Origin: Lytechinus pictus
Lineage: Eukaryota
Direction of reading: 5' to 3'
Assembly (NCBI RefSeq): GCF_037042905.1
Contig: NC_087250.1
Location: forward strand, 10,480,001-10,544,000
Length of the DNA: 64,000 bases
Below the pieces are notes generated by a model that had not been told where the DNA came from, searched no databases, and saw nothing but the letters and a program-made list of their open reading frames with translations. Shown here piece by piece: positions 58,801 to 64,000 of this stretch. Within the stretch, counting starts at the first letter, position 1; each line of letters opens with the position of its first letter. The position numbers were made by a program, and so were the translations under genes.

Positions 58801-61800
58801 AACATAAGAAAAAGGAAAGTGGGGATGTGACATCATCAGCTCACCTAATGAATATTCATGACGATGTGCATATAACTGTTTTCACAAAATATTGATAAAC
58901 TTTAAAATTCAATAACTTCGCTATTTGCTATCCGATTTTGATAAAATTTTCAGCATTTTGCTCTGTGAATGTTACTCTTTTTATTTAGATATAAATATTT
59001 TCAGCCCGGACCATCCCTTTAAAGCAACAGGTTAAGGCTCTTTGCTGAACTGATGCAATGGCATGGTTTTGAATCCCGCTCTTGATGACAAATATTAATT
59101 ATATATTTTTACAGTTACAAATTATAAACAGTAGTATGTATTCCATTGAAATTAAACCTGACAGCTGACAATAAAAACAAGAAACTTGACTAAAAAAATC
59201 ACTTGGAATCAGTGGTGGCGGGGCATAACGAATTTTGCAGAGCTTTGTGTAATGCTTTATACATAAACACTGTAATACGAACTTTGATATTCCGCTTACT
59301 GGTAAGTCAAAAGAGAATATCCATTTTGGTTCCTGACTTTCTGACTTTTTGTATAAAAATTCAGTGAATTTACCTTTGCATGAAAGAATCCATATTTTTG
59401 CTGTGTACATTTTCTTTGACAAAACAGAATTTCCATTTTAGATCAAGTCTGAAACACAATAACAAGATTTGGAGAAACAGACAAGGAAAGGACAGGGGGG
59501 GACGCATCCCCCCTACCTAAAATAGTAGGGGGGGACACAATATCAAATGTCTCCCCTACTATTTTTGGTCTGTTATGATGGAGAAAAATACATCATTCAC
59601 AATGGAAATAATACATATATTTTGGACTAAATGACCTTACCTTTTGTGGGCGAACACTTATTTTTTCTTCTTGTTTTTTTGCTTGTCAAATTTTGTCTGG
59701 TTAAAATGACCTTAGATTTTTGGTGATAACCTTTTTTTTTTGCTGTCAAAGTTTCCAGCCCCTGGTCCCCCCTACCTTTGGGGACAGATTTCCACCCATG
59801 GTCCCTACAACTCCCTAAATTCTTGACTGTTTTCCTTTCTTAGACCAATTCAAGGCTGCTGGACTGAAGGCTTTCAGTAACACATGGAGTAACATACACG
59901 ATTATACACCAGTCCCTGGGGAAGAAAACTGGACCCTCTTGCCAGAGGTAAGCCTGACCCGTCAGGGGAACATTTCATCAACATTTTGTCCGACAAGTTG
60001 TCAGGGGCCCGTTGCAGGAAGAGTTGCAATCAAACGCAACACTAAAATCATGCGCAACTTCATTTTCAACCAATCAACAGTGTGCATTTTGGACTTGCAA
60101 TTGATTTTTTGACTTGCGTGTAAACGCAACTCTTTCTGCAACGGGCCCCAGATCTGACAACTTTCCTTGATGTTGATTGGCGGAGATGCACTGTTACCAT
60201 ATGATGGTAACTGTTGGATAAAATGGGACTTGTCGGATAAAAACGTCTGACAACTCCTTTCATGAAATGCTCCCCGGGTCTGACAACTTTCCTTGATTAT
60301 GATTGGCTGAAAAGCACAGTTACTATGGTAACTGTCTGACAAAATGGATTTCGGATTTCGGTGGCCCGGGATCGATTCCAGCTTGGTGCGCTAGTGCTCT
60401 TTGGTAAGGCATTCATCCTCATTGCCACGTCCCTCGGAGAGGACCTTAAACCGTCGGTCCTCTTGCTGCTTGCTTACAAGCATTCTTGCTTTCTTAGCGA
60501 TCAGGTAAAAAATCACCACCATTCACTTGTTGAATAAAATGTCCGACAAGTCCTTTCATGAAACGCTCCCCCCAAATCCTATGTGATCCATTGATATCAA
60601 TAGGTGGATAGAGCTACAACACCCTCTTTTGGGAACAAAAATAGTGCTCTGATAAGTCAATTGCACGCAGAAAGTTACACACTTTTTTCTTCTATTGCGT
60701 GTGCAAGTGGATGCATCGCACATGGAGTACTTTACGCTTCAGAGCACAACGAGCTCCATCCAGCTTATTGATATTGATGATGTGATCAGGATTAATCTTC
60801 AAATTGGCAATATTAATCTTCAAATTGGCAATGTTTATATTCTATTTTTTAATTAAAGCGAATTCGAATGAAACAGACCCTTGCATACAGGAAAAACCTT
60901 CCCATCAGACATGTTTGATGTATTAGTAAGCTTTACTTGCACACAAACCTACATTTTTTTATAAGTCTCGTTTTATTATCTATGTTTTACATGTTACCGA
61001 TAAATGCAGAAAAAGATATGACCACAGCCTTGTTATTTTAGAAAATGGAAAACTGGGGTCTCTATTTTAATCTTCATATTTATAGTAATTTGTTATTTTT
61101 TATCAATGCTAAATGATTTCTGGATATCAAGAATAAGAAAAAATTGTACGTCAGCATATGCTAGCCAAATCATCCAGCTACGACAGCCTCTTAAAGGAAA
61201 AATACTAAACAAAATGGCGCACATATCCGCATGTAAGGTGATCAAGCCCTTCTACATTACCCCAGCTAAGCTAGTCTACCGATTCCGGTGCACACAGCTA
61301 TTTAAGGAATCACTTCCTGCTAGTACCCATTTACCTCACCTGGGTTGAGTGCAGCACAGTGTTGATCAATTTCTTGCTGAAAGAAATTACGTCATGGCTG
61401 GATTTTGAACCAACGACCCTCTGTTTCAAAATCCAGAGACTAATCATCTGGGCCACAACGCTCCAAATAATAATAAGAAAAAAAAAGCTTCCAGTAATTT
61501 TAGCTTCAAATCTTCTGACCTTTTTCCTTATTAATATATTTCCCTACTTTGTTGAAAGAATGATTATGATTAATCTTAACCCTAATTCTCCCGGGGGGGG
61601 CCATTATGGCCCCCCCCTCGACAATTTTCGCGATATATCTGCTGCGCAAAATTTTTTGACCTCGCCGCTCACTGACTTTTTACTTTCAAGTCTCGCGCAA
61701 ATTTTGAGATCAAATTTGTGATGCCCGGGTACGCGGTTACGACATTACGCAACATTATGTAAGTGCATGTCAGACCAAAAATTGCTCATAAACGTGATTT

Positions 61801-63617
61801 CATGTACAAATCCAATGCAAATTGTGTATTTGGCCAAAATTCATAAATGTATCATTATTTCTACTTTTAATGATTAAAATTAATTAATTTTGTCTTGTTT
61901 ATGATTAGAATTAAGTCTGGAACGATTTCCATCGAAAAAACAATAAAAAACAAAAAGTAAAAAAACAAAGAAATACATAAGAAATTAAAAAAACAATAAA
62001 ATACATAAGAGCTCGGTCTTGGTACCAGAATTTTTTCATTCACAATTGTTAGGAATGCTATAAAGAATATTTTCACCAAAAAATAGCATTCTAGGAGCTT
62101 TATTTAGTGAATCAGAGCAAAAAGTATGATTTCATGAATAAATTAGCATAATTAATTCATATAAAATGAAAATATATGAATTCAGTGAAATTTACCAATG
62201 CAACTGCGTAGATTACGTCATTCTCTACCATCATGCAAATTTTCGTTGTGATCGCGCAATCCACGGCTGAGATCTTAAGGGGGGGCCATAATGGCCCCCC
62301 CCCGGGAATGACAAGAATCAAAATACCCCGGGAGATTGAGGGTTAACAATATGTATTCATGTCATGTCTAGACAAGAAGACAAAAAAAAAAAAATCTGTG
62401 TATGGAGTTTGCTAAATCTCTTAAAAAAACCCTCACTGTAATAACTGGGTACCAAAAAGGAAAAATGTCTCAATCTCATTAAGAAGTGTTCCAAACTTTG
62501 CTCAGATAAAATGCAAAACAGATCGTTTTAGAAAAAGTGCAATGCCATATTTCATTGATTTACTAAATTCTGAATAAATTATTACTTTCATACCCTTGAA
62601 ATCAGCACAAATTTTTGGCCATTGTTCTATTCTTCATTTCAATCCAATTACTATTTGAATTTTTAATTGTCGAATATTGTATTTACATAGTTTTTCTTTT
62701 CTTTTATTTTATTTTATTATATTTAATTAATTTGTACGCATGCTTGCTCTTTAAAAATTATTTATTATCTAGGTGAACATCTTATTGTAAACATGCTAAT
62801 ATCAGCCTTTTGGCTGTGTAACATGTATTGTTTTTATACAAAATAAACTATGATTGAATTGAATTGAATGTATTGCACATGATATGGTACTTTTTGTTTT
62901 GAGTGCCTCTGAATATTTAGAATTATGAATTATTAATATCATTATTATCATTTTCACAGGATTTGAATGTGGAGGAGTTTTTACCGTTACCCAAGTCCGA
63001 AGAACTTGTTGCCGTGGGAGCATCGTTAGACCCCGAGAAGAGCGTCGTCCCCATCACACACGGGACAAGAAGACGTGTGGGAGATCTGGTAAATATATAT
63101 ATTAATCAATACCACTATATTGGTTTAAACATTTAAACCTGACTGTACTGTGCCATAGTAAGCATCTTCCTGGAGTAGGGAGGGGGAGGGATGTCGCTCA
63201 AGCCCCCTACGGTTTTGACGTGGTACATGTGTTCATTTAAAAGAAAATAAATGCATGTAAGCTCCAAATTATTAAGACAGTTTCTCCCCCAAAAAGTCAA
63301 ATTTAATCATTTATATATGTCCAATTCCTGACTACAGGAATGATTTAAACTATCAAACATACATTTTGCTTCAGATGCTCTTTGCAATTCACTGATGAAA
63401 ACAAAAAAGCTTAAACAGTATTAAATGTTTTTTATATTCATTGACACCAATTTATGCCAACAAGCTCATTATGTACTTCATTCAAATACATAAGAAAGTT
63501 TATTCATATCGTTTTTGTTCATTTTCTTTTATGTTATAGACATGTCTGATGTTGGTGTTTCGGAACGAGCATTCTGACGAAAGGATTAGAGCCATCATTA
63601 GGGAGGTTCACAAATCT
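52768..63617 (+). CDS. RP2: Protein XRP2 (ARL3 GTPase-activating protein); first 7 coding exons, 3' end beyond the window
   Basis: Exons (+): 52768-52838, 56415-56532, 57435-57526, 58026-58198, 59844-59947, 62960-63088, 63540-63617. All GT-AG and in phase (255 aa). N-terminal MGCCFS acylation motif; TBCC beta-helix motifs [28 protein letters not shown] (arginine finger), PIIESS and [11 protein letters not shown]. Confidence 0.95.
53113..53473. mobile_element. MITE with ~60-bp TIRs in RP2 intron 1
   Basis: GGGGCCGATTGCACGAAAGGGTC...CGCCCATCTTTTATGAT is mirrored at ~53411-53473. Confidence 0.85.
53546..54194. mobile_element. hAT-like MITE
   Basis: CATGTAT-TAGGGTGTCTG...CAGACACCCTA-CATGTAT. 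Confidence 0.7.
54230..54585. repeat. ~21-23-bp minisatellite (AAAAAATATATTTCACTTTTC)n
   Basis: About 15 tandem copies. Confidence 0.92.
54652..54978. mobile_element. Foldback element with ~90-bp near-perfect TIRs
   Basis: TACTGAAACTTTTCGACATGCACTCATCGG...AGAACCGAAAC is mirrored at ~54888-54978. Confidence 0.85.
55074..55482. mobile_element. hAT-like MITE with GGGCAAGT subrepeats
   Basis: CAGGGTGCTACATAA...TTATGTAGCACCCTG. Confidence 0.8.
56415..56532 (+). CDS. RP2: RP2 exon 2
   Basis: ttgcag|(W)[39 protein letters not shown]|gtacag. Confidence 0.93.
56566..56967. mobile_element. TTAA-flanked Kolobok-like MITE
   Basis: TTAA-AGAGAAATTCCAGT...ACTAGCATTTATCT-TTAA. Confidence 0.65.
57435..57526 (+). 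CDS. RP2: RP2 exon 3
   Basis: tcttag|[30 protein letters not shown]|gtttgt. Confidence 0.93.
57637..57780 (-). mobile_element. tRNA-derived SINE, minus strand (related copy at ~61320-61462)
   Basis: Minus strand has TGGTCTAGTGG, GGTTCAAATCC and CTCAACCCAGGTGAGG; same family as the 7338 SINE. Confidence 0.7.
58026..58198 (+). CDS. RP2: RP2 exon 4 (catalytic QQFR)
   Basis: taacag|(S)[23 protein letters not shown]...[22 protein letters not shown]|gtgagt. Confidence 0.95.
58413..59018. mobile_element. Kolobok-like MITE with TTAA TSD
   Basis: TTAA-AGGGATGGTCC...GGACCATCCCT-TTAA. Confidence 0.85.
59844..59947 (+). CDS. RP2: RP2 exon 5
   Basis: tcttag|(D)[34 protein letters not shown]|gtaag. Confidence 0.95.
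59965..60573. mobile_element. Nested cluster of MITEs and a partial SINE
   Basis: An X-box MITE is split at a CAG TSD by the GGGCCCGTTGCAG...CTGCAACGGGCCC MITE (~60005-60148). A second partial copy is split by SINE sequence. Confidence 0.75.
61580..62342. mobile_element. piggyBac-like non-autonomous element
   Basis: TTAA-CCCTAATTCTCCCGGGG...CCCCGGGAGATTGAGGG-TTAA, with subterminal GGGGGGCCAT(T/A)ATGGCCCCCC palindromes. Confidence 0.8.
62395..62870 (+). mobile_element. Short 3' fragment of a LINE related to the element at 270-2000
   Basis: NWVPKR...[23 protein letters not shown] aligns with NWLPER...[29 protein letters not shown] and an (ATTGA)n tail lie at ~62841-62868. Confidence 0.75.
62960..63088 (+). 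CDS. RP2: RP2 exon 6
   Basis: tcacag|[43 protein letters not shown]|gtaaat. Confidence 0.9.
63540..63617 (+). CDS. RP2: RP2 exon 7
   Basis: ttatag|[26 protein letters not shown]|gtaagt. Confidence 0.85.
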
Positions 63618-64000
63618 GTAAGTATAATACAAAGTTCATTTATGCTACCCCCCTTGCCCACCCCCCCCTTGCCCTTCCCCCCTCCCCCTCCCCCTTCCAT
63701 ACTCGATCAATATCAGTTTTAAAAAAAAGTGTCGTCATTAGACAGATTTATAACTGGGTGATTTGACAAGTCAATGATAGTTGTAATTTAGTAAAATAAC
63801 TTACTGCCATTCAAAGTCTTTATGTACCCCCCCCTCCTTCCCGGGGGGGCCAATCTCTAGTAGTCTTTGACCACCCATAACTTATCTCTGTTGAAAGAAG
63901 AATTGGTAAGGATCACCATTTGACAGACATTGCAAGCTTGTGAGTTGAAAGCGAACGATAGGTGGAAAATTCAGTGTTAACAACTGGGCAATCCTGGTTT

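Overview
AT-rich, repeat-dense metazoan genomic DNA; the repeat landscape suggests an echinoderm such as a sea urchin (inference only). Most ORFs in the supplied track are spurious, so the genes were assembled by hand from GT-AG exons. Genes found: (1) an intronless ELOVL6-like fatty-acid elongase (+, 16049-16978); (2) an 8-coding-exon SPRYD3 orthologue (-, 48818 to 35751, 509 aa); (3) head-to-head with it, the ciliary ARL3-GAP RP2 (+, from 52768, 7 exons and 255 aa in the window, continuing off the right end); (4) remnant exons of an LDL-receptor class A domain gene (-, about 2.5-4.7 kb), partly duplicated and interrupted by a MITE. Mobile DNA includes a full-length ~4.05 kb RTE LINE with an 11-bp TSD in a SPRYD3 intron, decayed CR1/L2-type LINEs, tRNA-derived SINEs, and many MITEs, often nested. 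The most unusual signals are a ~110-bp-periodic array of a strand-specific GA-sheared/GAA-loop DNA hairpin motif (11.9-13.7 kb), a minimal Penelope-type hammerhead motif (9037-9075, -), a 197-bp intronic minisatellite that multiplies a 3' splice site, and MITE-borne RFX X-box/CCAAT modules around RP2.
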